From assembly GCA_001029735.1 (NCBI GenBank), contig CP011213.1, positions 11,709 through 75,708 on the forward strand: a DNA stretch of 64,000 nt, in the 5' to 3' direction. Of the stretch, positions 20,019 through 28,517 are shown in pieces. Numbering within the stretch: position 1 is the first letter of the stretch; every line of letters starts with the position of its first letter. Below the pieces are notes generated by a model. It was not told where the DNA came from. It did not search any database and saw only the letters and a program-made list of their open reading frames with translations. Position numbers and translations under genes: made by a program. Source of the DNA: Berkelbacteria bacterium GW2011_GWE1_39_12 (lineage in GTDB: Bacteria > Patescibacteriota > UBA1384 > UBA12157).

Positions 20019-20494
20019 TTACTTTCACCTGTTTTGGGCAAAATGACCGTAATCTTGTCATCCGGCTTAGCCTTGAAATAAGAAACTGAAGCCTGCAAAA
20101 CGTTATATTTTTTACCGTCACAAGTCGCGATCCAATTCTCATCGTTCTGAGTTAATTTACCAATAATTCTTTTTCTTTCAACAGGACCTATTTGTTTAAA
20201 AATAAATGTTCCGTCAGGAGCAATGGTAAGTTTCAAGTTGTCACCGCAAACTAATTTTGACTTAGATGAATAATTGACTGGTACTGGATATTTCTTGCCA
20301 TATTTATCGATCATTTCCTCACCATCAAAAACACCTTCGATGATAGTAGCTTTACCAGTATCGTTTAAATTTAAACTTTCGGCTTGCTCTTGGTAAACTT
20401 GTTCAAACAAAATTCTTTTAGCGGCGTTAATCTTTTCTTCCGCTCCATCAAGTAACTTTCTGATTTCAGTTAACTTTTTGTCATCCTTGTCCAT
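19979..20494 (-). CDS. hypothetical soluble protein (171 aa) encoded between the two ATPase genes
   Basis: Overlaps the downstream ATPase start by 40 nt (translational coupling); no recognised domain. Confidence 0.55.
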   Translation of the reverse strand: MDKDDKKLTEIRKLLDGAEEKINAAKRILFEQVYQEQAESLNLNDTGKATIIEGVFDGEEMIDKYGKKYPVPVNYSSKSKLVCGDNLKLTIAPDGTFIFKQIGPVERKRIIGKLTQNDENWIATCDGKKYNVLQASVSYFKAKPDDKITVILPKTGESNWAAIENIIEKDH

Positions 20495-20633
20495 ATTTTC
20501 CTTTCGTGGGAAAATTCCGCGACAAATGTAATTTGTCCATTGTCTCCTTTAAGAATCTTTTATTTTTGTGTTTATCCTTACACCTACAGTGCGGGATTTA
20601 ATTAGTATTTTGACACTTTATCTTACATCTATC

Positions 20634-23129
20634 TTATAAATTATTCAATGGTTCATTACCGCCAGCTGGCATTTGGCTAGTTGGAGCGGCCGGCGGAGCT
20701 AATTGGGCACCGATTTCGGCATTAATTTCTGCCAATGGCCTTGAATAAGCTTGCCTTGAAGTATTTCTGACTTGTTCTCTTATGTTTGCATCTGAAACGG
20801 TTGCGCTTTTGATGCCTTTCATACTGAATGGTTTACTTGGTGTGCCATCGATCAACAATTTACAGTATGTATTACGCGCTTCGATATTAGTCATATCTGA
20901 CATGCCGACTCCAGGAAATTCTTTAGCTAAAAATTCTGCGTCGGCAGCGCCTATTCGGTACGAGATTAAAGTACCAGCATTACCAATCACGGCGTCACGA
21001 ATATTTTCTTTAAGCTGTGCGATATACTGGTTGGTAATATTTAAATCAAGATGATACTTTCTTGCTTCCGATAAGATGGTCGCAAAGGAATCAGTGGTAA
21101 AGTTTTGGAACTCATCAACATATAAATAAAAATCTTTTCTTGAATCTTCTACCATATCAGCTCTGGAAAATGCCGCAATTTGAATTTTACTCACTATGAC
21201 CATGCCTAATAAAGCCGAGTTTACTTCTCCGATCTTACCTTTACTTAAATTGATAAGAAGGATTTTACCTTCGTCCATTACCTGACGAATATTAAAGGCC
21301 GATTTCTTCTGACCGATAATGTTACGCATTAAATCGTTAGTCATAAAACGACCGAACTTTGAGATAAAATAATTGTACATTTCAGATTTATGGAAATCAG
21401 CGGTCTTGGCCAATTGCTGCTCCCAAAATGATTTCACGATCGGATCAGTTACGTTTGAAACTAAACTTGCCCTAAAAGCATCATCGGTAAATATTCGCGG
21501 GATGTCTATTAATGTGCCGCCCTCTGGCTGAGCCATAATTGTCAGGGCTGCATTTCTAAACCAGTGTTCCCATTGAGGTCCAACAATACCAGTTTGGCCC
21601 GGGTCGAATAATTTTTGAAATATTTGAATGGTTTCCTGAATAATAAAGTCACGTTGCTCAGGAGTATGGAATTCCATCAAGTTTAGTCCCATTGGAAATT
21701 CAATATCTGATGGGTCAAAAACAATGACGTCCTTCATTCTTTCCGGCGGAATTTTTCCCATAATATCTTCGATGGCATCACCCAGCGGATCAATATAGCA
21801 AACACCTTTCCCCTCTTTTATATCCTGTTCGATTGCAGTTAAGAACAAAGTTGTTTTACCAGTTCCAGTCTTGCCTATCATAAAGATATGGCGACGTCGA
21901 TCATCTTCTTTTATTTTGATTTCTGCCTCAATGCCACGGTAAACGCTTTTTCCTAAAACCGTTCCCTCAGCTGGCAAATTTGCAGGCGGCGGCATTTCCT
22001 TACTCATTAACCATTGGATGTTCGGCGTATCAATAAAGTGATTTGGAAAATGATACAAAGTCGCCAATTCTTCTGTGTTGACAATAGATGATTTTTCGGC
22101 AAAGCGTCGCAAAATATAGTCTTTAACTACTTCATTATTACCTGAAGAAACTTTAAAATTGTTTAGTTCAGGCGTGCCAAATTGCATAAAGCTAGCTGTA
22201 ATTGCTTGTAGATTTGCCTGGGCAATTGGTTGATTTTGAGAAACAGTGATAACGCGGAGAGACATTTCAAAACCAATTTTTGAGGCCTTTTCGCTAATAG
22301 CTCTAAGTAAGGAATCTTGCATTGGAGTCATCTGCTGATATGGTTTGTTTTCTTTTCCTGGTTGTTCTTGAGGCTTTGCCGCGCCATGGACCGCGCCGGA
22401 GAACCCTTCAACTAGAAAATTAGCTAGCTTAAAATACCATTTTTCAGTAGCAACAGACGTCTTACCCTCTTGAATCTTTTTACTGGTCATGCCAGAAGCA
22501 CGTCGCCATTCATCACCCGTCGGCTTGATAATCATCTGCAGAGCAGCGGTCGAGCTTGGATCAAGCTTGCTCATCGCATTTGTTATGCCTGCCAAAGGAT
22601 CACTTTCTTGCTTGGTATATGTTTTTAAAGGCAGAACGAAACGTTTTTCTAATTTTAATGTCGCTGATGCAAACTCACCTTGACCGTTGGTTAACAAGAA
22701 AATGTTTGGTGCTTTTACCTTTTCAACATGAGCCGTCGGATAGTAGGCCTGAATTTGTTTTTGTACCATTTCTTCAAACATTTTAGGACAAGCCACGTAA
22801 AAAGCGATGATACCGTTTTGAGCCACAATTTCAAAAGAAATTTGCTGTTGATCTTTTAATATCTTGTTTGCCATGTCATGACTGTAAAGGCTTGAGAAAG
22901 CGCCAAACATTTGTTCTGCTACGGACATGTGTTGTCGAAAGTCTTTCGGCGGTTCGTTAGTTCCTTCTACTCGAACGGCTTCCTCTTTAGGTAATGTCAC
23001 CAAAAAAACACGAGTGTTTAAAATCCGTGCCGTGTCGCTTTTTTTGTTTCTATGTTCAACTATCAAAAAAATAACGACTAGTAGCGCTATCAATAAAATA
23101 GCAATTAAAATTACTAAATATAAATTCAT
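20634..23129 (-). CDS. membrane-anchored VirB4/TrbE-like ATPase of the FtsK-HerA superfamily, paralogue 2 (831 aa)
   Basis: N-terminal TM; Walker A IGKTGTGKTT; YIDPLGD; Walker B LYVDEFQNF; ARKYHLDLNITNQ; N-domain shares AEQMF...ISFEI...FYV...QI.A.YPTA with paralogue 1. Confidence 0.6.
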   Translation of the reverse strand: MNLYLVILIAILLIALLVVIFLIVEHRNKKSDTARILNTRVFLVTLPKEEAVRVEGTNEPPKDFRQHMSVAEQMFGAFSSLYSHDMANKILKDQQQISFEIVAQNGIIAFYVACPKMFEEMVQKQIQAYYPTAHVEKVKAPNIFLLTNGQGEFASATLKLEKRFVLPLKTYTKQESDPLAGITNAMSKLDPSSTAALQMIIKPTGDEWRRASGMTSKKIQEGKTSVATEKWYFKLANFLVEGFSGAVHGAAKPQEQPGKENKPYQQMTPMQDSLLRAISEKASKIGFEMSLRVITVSQNQPIAQANLQAITASFMQFGTPELNNFKVSSGNNEVVKDYILRRFAEKSSIVNTEELATLYHFPNHFIDTPNIQWLMSKEMPPPANLPAEGTVLGKSVYRGIEAEIKIKEDDRRRHIFMIGKTGTGKTTLFLTAIEQDIKEGKGVCYIDPLGDAIEDIMGKIPPERMKDVIVFDPSDIEFPMGLNLMEFHTPEQRDFIIQETIQIFQKLFDPGQTGIVGPQWEHWFRNAALTIMAQPEGGTLIDIPRIFTDDAFRASLVSNVTDPIVKSFWEQQLAKTADFHKSEMYNYFISKFGRFMTNDLMRNIIGQKKSAFNIRQVMDEGKILLINLSKGKIGEVNSALLGMVIVSKIQIAAFSRADMVEDSRKDFYLYVDEFQNFTTDSFATILSEARKYHLDLNITNQYIAQLKENIRDAVIGNAGTLISYRIGAADAEFLAKEFPGVGMSDMTNIEARNTYCKLLIDGTPSKPFSMKGIKSATVSDANIREQVRNTSRQAYSRPLAEINAEIGAQLAPPAAPTSQMPAGGNEPLNNL

Positions 23130-23141
23130 ACTCCCCTACCT

Positions 23142-23468
23142 TTAATCTTTTTGTAGTTCTGCAATTTGTTCAAGGAGATTACTGGCGGCACTTACACCGC
23201 TAACGTTCTGTTCGACAAGGTGAGAAACAGAAGATTCTTTTTGATTTTCACTCAATAAGACAGGCTGCGCTGGTTGAACAGGTTCAGACGGAACAGTGGG
23301 TGTTATAGGTGCAATTGGTAACGTTGTGGGTTGGATATTTTTCACTTCGACAGCAATACCAGGATTTACTTCTGGTTGGCTAGGAGTGTTAGTTGGCTCT
23401 GGTGTTAATACTTCTGTTTCAACAGGAACAGTGCCTGGCAATTCAGGCTTGAACTGATTAGGATTCAT
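23142..23468 (-). CDS. proline/threonine-rich small protein (108 aa), first gene of the ATPase operon
   Basis: GAAGGAGAGG SD; low-complexity P/T/V-rich; no TM. Confidence 0.5.
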   Translation of the reverse strand: MNPNQFKPELPGTVPVETEVLTPEPTNTPSQPEVNPGIAVEVKNIQPTTLPIAPITPTVPSEPVQPAQPVLLSENQKESSVSHLVEQNVSGVSAASNLLEQIAELQKD

Positions 23469-23488
23469 ACCTCTCCTTCTCTATTATT

Positions 23489-23517
23489 ATTGTAGTCGAT
23501 TTGCTTAAAATGTACAA
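23489..23517 (-). promoter_or_regulatory. sigma70-like promoter (TTGTAC-N17-TACAAT on the minus strand) for the ATPase operon
   Basis: rc hexamers at 23512-23517 and 23489-23494, directly after the terminator of the upstream gene. Confidence 0.45.
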
Positions 23518-23521
23518 CTAA

Positions 23522-23546
23522 AAAGCCCCATAAGCAATGGGGCTAA
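23522..23546 (-). terminator. intrinsic terminator of the gene 23543-23947
   Basis: Minus-strand GCCCCATTGCTTATGGGGC followed by TTTTT. Confidence 0.6.
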
Positions 23547-23947
23547 GACGGATCGCCGTTTGTCTCAATGCCGAGACAAATAGTGTCTTCGGTTAGGAAC
23601 CGAATAGTAAAAGTTACGTTCTGAGGCAGCCTCGTACTAGTACCTCGGCTCAATCTTCTAGTAGTCGGGCTACTCTCCTCGTATGTAAACTTGATCTCTA
23701 CTTGACCTCTGATTATCCGTAAACGAGACTGATGCTTAAGATGTCTGGCATCAGTCTCTCCAAAAAGACGTTCCGACCGGTAAAGATAAATTTTGAATTT
23801 ACCGTTCGAAGCTTTGTAGCAAATAGCATTGCCCGACTTCTGCTCATTGAAATCCAGAGCCGAAGAATTAGCTTTGGATGTACTTAAAATCGACGACTCG
23901 ACATCTACGCGAATGTCTTTGCGTTCTAATATCTCGTCCAGTTTCAT
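23543..23947 (-). CDS. hypothetical protein (about 134 aa), GC-richer, likely co-transcribed with tgt
   Basis: GGAGGT SD 5 nt before the ATG of MKLDEILERK (the track ORF starts earlier at 23980); followed by terminator. Confidence 0.5.
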   Translation of the reverse strand: MKLDEILERKDIRVDVESSILSTSKANSSALDFNEQKSGNAICYKASNGKFKIYLYRSERLFGETDARHLKHQSRLRIIRGQVEIKFTYEESSPTTRRLSRGTSTRLPQNVTFTIRFLTEDTICLGIETNGDPS

Positions 23948-23995
23948 TAGTACTACCTCCGCAAATATAGATTTTAGCAAAAACAGCTGCAGAGG

Positions 23996-25126
23996 TCAAT
24001 ATCTGTCACTACTAATATCCTCTCTGATTTTTTCGACCAGATGGTTTAAAAGCCAGAGGTTATGAATAGAAGTCAGTCTCATACCGAACATTTCCTTTTC
24101 ACGAATTAAGTGAGAAATGTAGGCACGAGTAAAACCAGCTTTGCATGTAGAGCATCCGCAACCTGGCATAAGGATTTTTTTATCGTTTCTAAATAAAGAT
24201 TTTCTAAGATCAATTTTTTTGAAAGTCTTCCAGTTAGTTGTAGTCCAAATAGTACCATGACGAGCCAAGCGAGTTGGCAAGACGCAATCAAACATATCGA
24301 TACCATTTTTTACGCCTTCAAGAATATCTTCCGGCTCGCCGATCCCCATTAAATAATGCGGTTTTTCTTTGGGTAATATTGGCCCAATCCACTTCATAAC
24401 GTTATACATATTTTCTTTGCCTTCACCGACAGATACACCACCGACAGCGATGCCGTCAAAAGAAAGTGAAGAAATATATTCAGCCGACTTTTCTCTGAGA
24501 TCTTTAAAAGTTGAGCCTTGAACAATACCAAAAATGGATTGTTTTTTGTTTCCGTTCTTTTTCCAATAATCCGAGGCGCGCTTGGCCCATTCATGAGTTA
24601 ATTCCATAGATTTTTTTGCTCGATCATAGGTTGCCGGGTGTTCCGTGCATTCGTCTAAAACCATCAAAATATCAGAGCCTAAATCCTTTTGGATATCGAT
24701 GACTTTTTCTGGGGTAAAAAGATGTTTTGATCCATCTAAGTGAGATTTAAACCACACTCCTCTATTAGTCACTTTTACCAATGAGTCCTTTATTTCTTTA
24801 GTTTCATAATCGATATAGTTTTTGCCTAATGAAAAAACCTGAAAACCACCAGAGTCCGTTAGCATAGCACCGGGCCAATTAATAAATTTCTGCAAACCGC
24901 CCATCTTTTTTATTAGTTTTTCGCCTGGCCTTAAGTATAGGTGATATGTGTTTCCCAAAATTATCTTAAAGCCAATTGCTTTAAGTTCTTCTGGAGAAAT
25001 TCCTTTGACGGCGCCAACTGTAGCGCACGGCATAAAAACCGGCGTTTGAATCTTGCCATGGGCTGTTTCAAATTCCGCTAAGCGTGCCAAGGATTTTTTT
25101 GATTGTTTCAAAATTTTGAATTTCAC
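23996..25126 (-). CDS. tgt: queuine tRNA-ribosyltransferase (tRNA-guanine transglycosylase)
   Basis: LMVLDECT catalytic region; zinc site CGCSTC...H. Confidence 0.9.
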   Translation of the reverse strand: MKFKILKQSKKSLARLAEFETAHGKIQTPVFMPCATVGAVKGISPEELKAIGFKIILGNTYHLYLRPGEKLIKKMGGLQKFINWPGAMLTDSGGFQVFSLGKNYIDYETKEIKDSLVKVTNRGVWFKSHLDGSKHLFTPEKVIDIQKDLGSDILMVLDECTEHPATYDRAKKSMELTHEWAKRASDYWKKNGNKKQSIFGIVQGSTFKDLREKSAEYISSLSFDGIAVGGVSVGEGKENMYNVMKWIGPILPKEKPHYLMGIGEPEDILEGVKNGIDMFDCVLPTRLARHGTIWTTTNWKTFKKIDLRKSLFRNDKKILMPGCGCSTCKAGFTRAYISHLIREKEMFGMRLTSIHNLWLLNHLVEKIREDISSDRY

Positions 25127-25187
25127 CCTGATATTGTACCATTATTTATGCTATTAAGAAAGGATTTAGCTTTTTTGGGTATTATTT

Positions 25188-25215
25188 AGGCCCGGACATT
25201 ATTTGTCCGGGCCTA
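25188..25215 (-). terminator. 10-bp perfect stem hairpin downstream of gene 25223-25549
   Basis: GGCCCGGACAttatttGTCCGGGCC. Confidence 0.45.
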
Positions 25216-25222
25216 ATTCATG

Positions 25223-25549
25223 CTAAGCGGTCACATAGCTCTCTGTATCGCGTAATTCCCGATACCTCTTAATTAGAGCAGCGTGATAAGGCGCTAGCCC
25301 CTTTGCCTGCTCAGCTAACTTTTCGATTTCCTCTTGCAGATCATCGATTTCTCGATACATTGTCTCCTTGAAAGGGATCAGACTTAGTCTGCCGTGTCGG
25401 AGACTTGCTATCTTATCGCCTATGCTGGCGATTTTATCAAGCTCATATTCAATCTGTGATACGCTTGCTATTTCGATCTGCGTCGCAGTTAGCTCCTTAA
25501 AAGGTTCGGATTGAGAGCTATGCTGTGAAATAACAACAGCCATACTCAA
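25223..25549 (-). CDS. hypothetical protein (108 aa) with its own strong promoter
   Basis: GGAGGTGA SD; upstream rc TTGACA-N17-TAAAAT (25616-25644). Confidence 0.5.
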   Translation of the reverse strand: MSMAVVISQHSSQSEPFKELTATQIEIASVSQIEYELDKIASIGDKIASLRHGRLSLIPFKETMYREIDDLQEEIEKLAEQAKGLAPYHAALIKRYRELRDTESYVTA

Positions 25550-25718
25550 TCACCTCCTTCAATGGACGCGGCACCGAAACAACCCCCCATACACATAAGC
25601 TTGATTTGTGTTACGATTTTAGCAGAGAAACCCCATATTGTCAAGAGCTTTAACTTCTTATACTCAAAAAGCCCCTTTCGGGGCTTTCTTGAGAATCTAT
25701 TTGATTTGTCGATTTAAA

Positions 25719-26339
25719 TTACTTAAGCTCGACTTTGGCACCAGCTGCTTCAAGCTTTTTCTTAGCTTCTTCGGCTTCAGCTTTTGGCATATCTTTCTTA
25801 ATTTCTTTTGGTGCGGCATCTGCTAAGTCTTTCGCTTCTTTCAAACCTAATTCTTGGTTGATTTCGCGAAGAGCTTTAATGACGGCGATTTTCTGTGAAC
25901 CAGAGTCGGCTAAGACTAAGGTATAAGAAGATTTCTCTTCTTCAGCTGGGGCGGCGGCACCACCAGCGACTGCGCCAGCAGCGGCCATCATAGGAGCGGC
26001 GGCGGAAACACCAAAGCGTTCTTCAAGAGCTTTGACTAATTCTGCCAATTCCAAGGTGGTTAAACCTTCGATATCTTTGATTAAGTCAGCAAATTTACCG
26101 GTTGGTTCCGCTTTGGCCTCATTGGCTTCTTTGGCGGTTTCGTTGTCAGTGTTGATTGCTTCAACTTCGGCTGGAGTTTCTTCTTCTGCACCAGCGGCTT
26201 CTTCAACAGCTGCCCCAACTTGTGCTTTTTCGTCTACATTTGAACCAGCTTCTTCTTTGGAAGCTTCGTCGTTCAATTTTGTTTCAGCTTCAGCTTCTGC
26301 TTCAGCTTGTTTTTCTTCTTTTTTAATGTCGTCTGCCAT
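25719..26339 (-). CDS. rplL: 50S ribosomal protein L7/L12 with an about 78-aa acidic Glu/Ala-rich N-terminal extension
   Basis: Canonical [38 protein letters not shown] and CTD ...[18 protein letters not shown]...; SD before ATG at 26339; no internal Met before the canonical NTD. Confidence 0.9.
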   Translation of the reverse strand: MADDIKKEEKQAEAEAEAETKLNDEASKEEAGSNVDEKAQVGAAVEEAAGAEEETPAEVEAINTDNETAKEANEAKAEPTGKFADLIKDIEGLTTLELAELVKALEERFGVSAAAPMMAAAGAVAGGAAAPAEEEKSSYTLVLADSGSQKIAVIKALREINQELGLKEAKDLADAAPKEIKKDMPKAEAEEAKKKLEAAGAKVELK

Positions 26340-26373
26340 AGTAATTCCTTTCTTAAGAATTAATTTATGATTA

Positions 26374-26892
26374 TTATCTACTATTTTTGTAGGTATCTAA
26401 AATGTATACCAGTGATCGAAGGTTACCTTGAAGCGCATTGACTAATCTAGACATTGGAGCGTTCAAAGTACCAACTAATTTTGCATATAGCTCATCTCGA
26501 CCAGGAAGAGCAGCTAATTGATTGACTGTATTTAAATCAACATACTGACCGTTTAAAATTCCACCTAATATTTCCAATTTTTCCGCTTCTTTACCGAAAG
26601 CAACCGTTAATTTAGCAGGATTTACTTCATCAACATCGCCCCAGATAACTGCAACTGGTTGATCCAATAAACTATTATCTAATTCGATGCCGGCTTTTTT
26701 TAAAGCAATTTTGAATAATGAATTTTTGACCACTTGAAAACTAATCTTTTCTGCGGCAAGTCTTTCTTTCAAGGTTTCAATTTCTTTATGCTTTAATCCT
26801 TGATAATTTACTAAAACGACAGCCTTGGATTTCTCCATTTGACCTGACATTTCAGCGACTAATTTTTCTTTTTTACTGCGGGTAAGTAGCAT
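26374..26892 (-). CDS. rplJ: 50S ribosomal protein L10
   Basis: L10 family sequence; immediately upstream of rplL. Confidence 0.9.
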   Translation of the reverse strand: MLLTRSKKEKLVAEMSGQMEKSKAVVLVNYQGLKHKEIETLKERLAAEKISFQVVKNSLFKIALKKAGIELDNSLLDQPVAVIWGDVDEVNPAKLTVAFGKEAEKLEILGGILNGQYVDLNTVNQLAALPGRDELYAKLVGTLNAPMSRLVNALQGNLRSLVYILDTYKNSR

Positions 26893-27131
26893 TTATACCT
26901 CTTAAATTTAATTATGATACAAAAAATCTCGCCGATTAGCGAGACCAGAACTAGTTGAAAGTCGTAAAGTCTAAAGCCCCAAAGTAAAAACACTTTAAGA
27001 CTTTATGGACTTTATAAACTTTTAACTAATTTGTTTCGCCTCGATGGGATTTACTTTTTTACCCATTTTCTTCGGCAAATTCATATTATCATAAATTATG
27101 CGTAAATGTCAATAATGATGAGATCAACCTC

Positions 27132-27160
27132 TTGACTTTTGCCTCTTTTTGAGCTATTAT
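27132..27160 (+). promoter_or_regulatory. sigma70-like promoter TTGACT-N17-TATTAT for the CsrA-like gene
   Basis: Hexamers at 27132-27137 and 27155-27160; AAGGAGG SD at 27173-27179. Confidence 0.5.
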
Positions 27161-27187
27161 CTCAGTACTCGAAAGGAGGTGCGTTAA

Positions 27188-27502
27188 ATGCTGGTTTTGA
27201 CCAGAAAGATTGGAGAAAGCATACATATCGGCGATTACATTATGGAATTGCTGGAAGTTCAGAGGGATTCGGTCAAAATCAGCTTGACTGGTAAATTCTC
27301 TCAACAGATTATAAGTCTCAGTTTACGGCAAGAAGTTATTATTGACAAAGATAAAACCATCTCGTTTTTTGTCAATCGAATATGTTATTCCTGTAATCTA
27401 CGATTAGGGTATGCACAGTTTTGCATCAAAGCGCCACGCAGTATCCGGATAATGAGGAGCGAGTTATTGATCGCTCCAAGACAAAACATCAAGGAACCTT
27501 AA
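27188..27502 (+). CDS. CsrA-family (carbon storage regulator) like RNA-binding protein with divergent C-terminal extension
   Basis: N-terminus MLVLTRKIGESIHIGDYI...VKISL closely matches CsrA (MLVLSRKINEAIQIGADIEVKV...VKLGI); retains an Arg in the LRQEV region; own promoter, SD and terminator. Confidence 0.4.
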   Translation: MLVLTRKIGESIHIGDYIMELLEVQRDSVKISLTGKFSQQIISLSLRQEVIIDKDKTISFFVNRICYSCNLRLGYAQFCIKAPRSIRIMRSELLIAPRQNIKEP

Positions 27503-27515
27503 ATGGTTCCTTTTT
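27490..27515 (+). terminator. intrinsic terminator of the CsrA-like gene
   Basis: AAGGAACCttaaatGGTTCCTTtttt; stop codon in the loop. Confidence 0.6.
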
Positions 27516-27526
27516 TCATATAACAA

Positions 27527-27558
27527 TTCAAAAAATCGCCCAGATCGAGCGATTTTTT
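27527..27558. terminator. bidirectional terminator (also terminates rplA on the minus strand)
   Basis: aaaaAATCGCccagatcgaGCGATTtttt. Confidence 0.55.
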
Positions 27559-27576
27559 GAAATATGAGATGCTTCT

Positions 27577-28464
27577 CTATTTTTTTACTTTGACCGAAGG
27601 ACCCATAGTCGCGCAAATGTGAATACTGTTAATCTTATCGTTTGGAAGAGCTGCTATAAGTTCTTTGAAGTTTGCAGTCAATTCTTCGATTTTACCGCTG
27701 ACTTTTCCGATTACCTGATGAATATTTCCTGTAGAATCTGTTTTATACTCAACTTGTCCGCCTTCAAGATCAGCTTTGGTTTTTTCAGGGTCTAGAGTAA
27801 TAGTACCGGCTTTTGGATTAGGCATCTTTCCTTTTGGACCCAAAATTTTAGCTAATTTAGCGGCTTTTGGCATCAAGGCCGGAGTAACCAAATAAATATC
27901 GGCTTCAATCTTTTTGCTTGCAACAATTTCATCAATTAATTTTTCGTCCAAGATAACGACATTGATTTTTTTACCGGTACCGAAAGGATACTGTAACAAG
28001 CCTCTTGCTGCTTCAGGCTTTCCAGTTTTGCTTAATAATCTAACATGAGTTTCGACATTGCCGTCGAACTTAGTCATGGTTGTCTTTTTAACTAATTCTA
28101 ATGCTTCATCAATACTATATTTTTCTTTGACTTCAATAAGGGCTTTTACTTCTTGATATTTTTTAGAGCGAACTTTTGCCTTACCACGCTTTACTTTTTT
28201 GGCCTTTGTTTTTTTACCAGATTCTTTTTCTGCTTGGGTTTCAGCTTTTTCTTCTCCACCTTCTTTTTCTTCTGTTCCCGCAGCAGCACCAGCTTCTTTT
28301 TGAAACTTTGCTTGGCGAATTTTTTCGGCAATTTTTTCTTTGTTCGCTTTTGGCGTTACTTTTGCCTTACCATGATGGTCGGCATCGATATCGCTGAGAT
28401 CCTCGCCTTTGTCAATCGCTTCTTCTGACTGTGAAATCAAATCGTCTAGAGAATTTTTTCCCAT
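27577..28464 (-). CDS. rplA: 50S ribosomal protein L1 with an about 95-aa Lys/Glu/Ala-rich N-terminal extension
   Basis: L1 core from EKYSIDEALELVKK onward; GGAAGGA SD before ATG at 28464. Confidence 0.9.
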   Translation of the reverse strand: MGKNSLDDLISQSEEAIDKGEDLSDIDADHHGKAKVTPKANKEKIAEKIRQAKFQKEAGAAAGTEEKEGGEEKAETQAEKESGKKTKAKKVKRGKAKVRSKKYQEVKALIEVKEKYSIDEALELVKKTTMTKFDGNVETHVRLLSKTGKPEAARGLLQYPFGTGKKINVVILDEKLIDEIVASKKIEADIYLVTPALMPKAAKLAKILGPKGKMPNPKAGTITLDPEKTKADLEGGQVEYKTDSTGNIHQVIGKVSGKIEELTANFKELIAALPNDKINSIHICATMGPSVKVKK

Positions 28465-28517
28465 TTTTTTCCTTCCGTGGTAATAGCGCCCTGAATTTAT
28501 CGAAGGGCTCCCACAAA

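Noticed and set aside
16992-23129. Calling the two ATPases VirD4/TraG-type coupling proteins
   Set aside because: Walker A lies about 430 residues into each protein, after a large N-domain. That fits VirB4/TrbE layout. Coupling proteins have Walker A within about 150 aa of the TM segments. The two proteins are mutual paralogues, which a VirB4+VirD4 pair would not be. The FtsK-HerA superfamily assignment is firm; the subfamily remains tentative.
23543-23980. GC-rich interval that might be a structured RNA (RNase P or tmRNA) rather than a protein
   Set aside because: It has a strong GGAGGT SD 5 nt before an in-frame ATG and a coherent 134-aa ORF ending at a terminator. No RNase P, tmRNA or tRNA-like motifs were recognisable. 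Kept as a hypothetical protein.
27089-27304. Minus-strand ORF 27089-27304 in the rplA-rplJ spacer
   Set aside because: It is antisense to the CsrA-like gene's promoter and 5' end and has no SD. It more likely reflects the L10 leader region than a protein.
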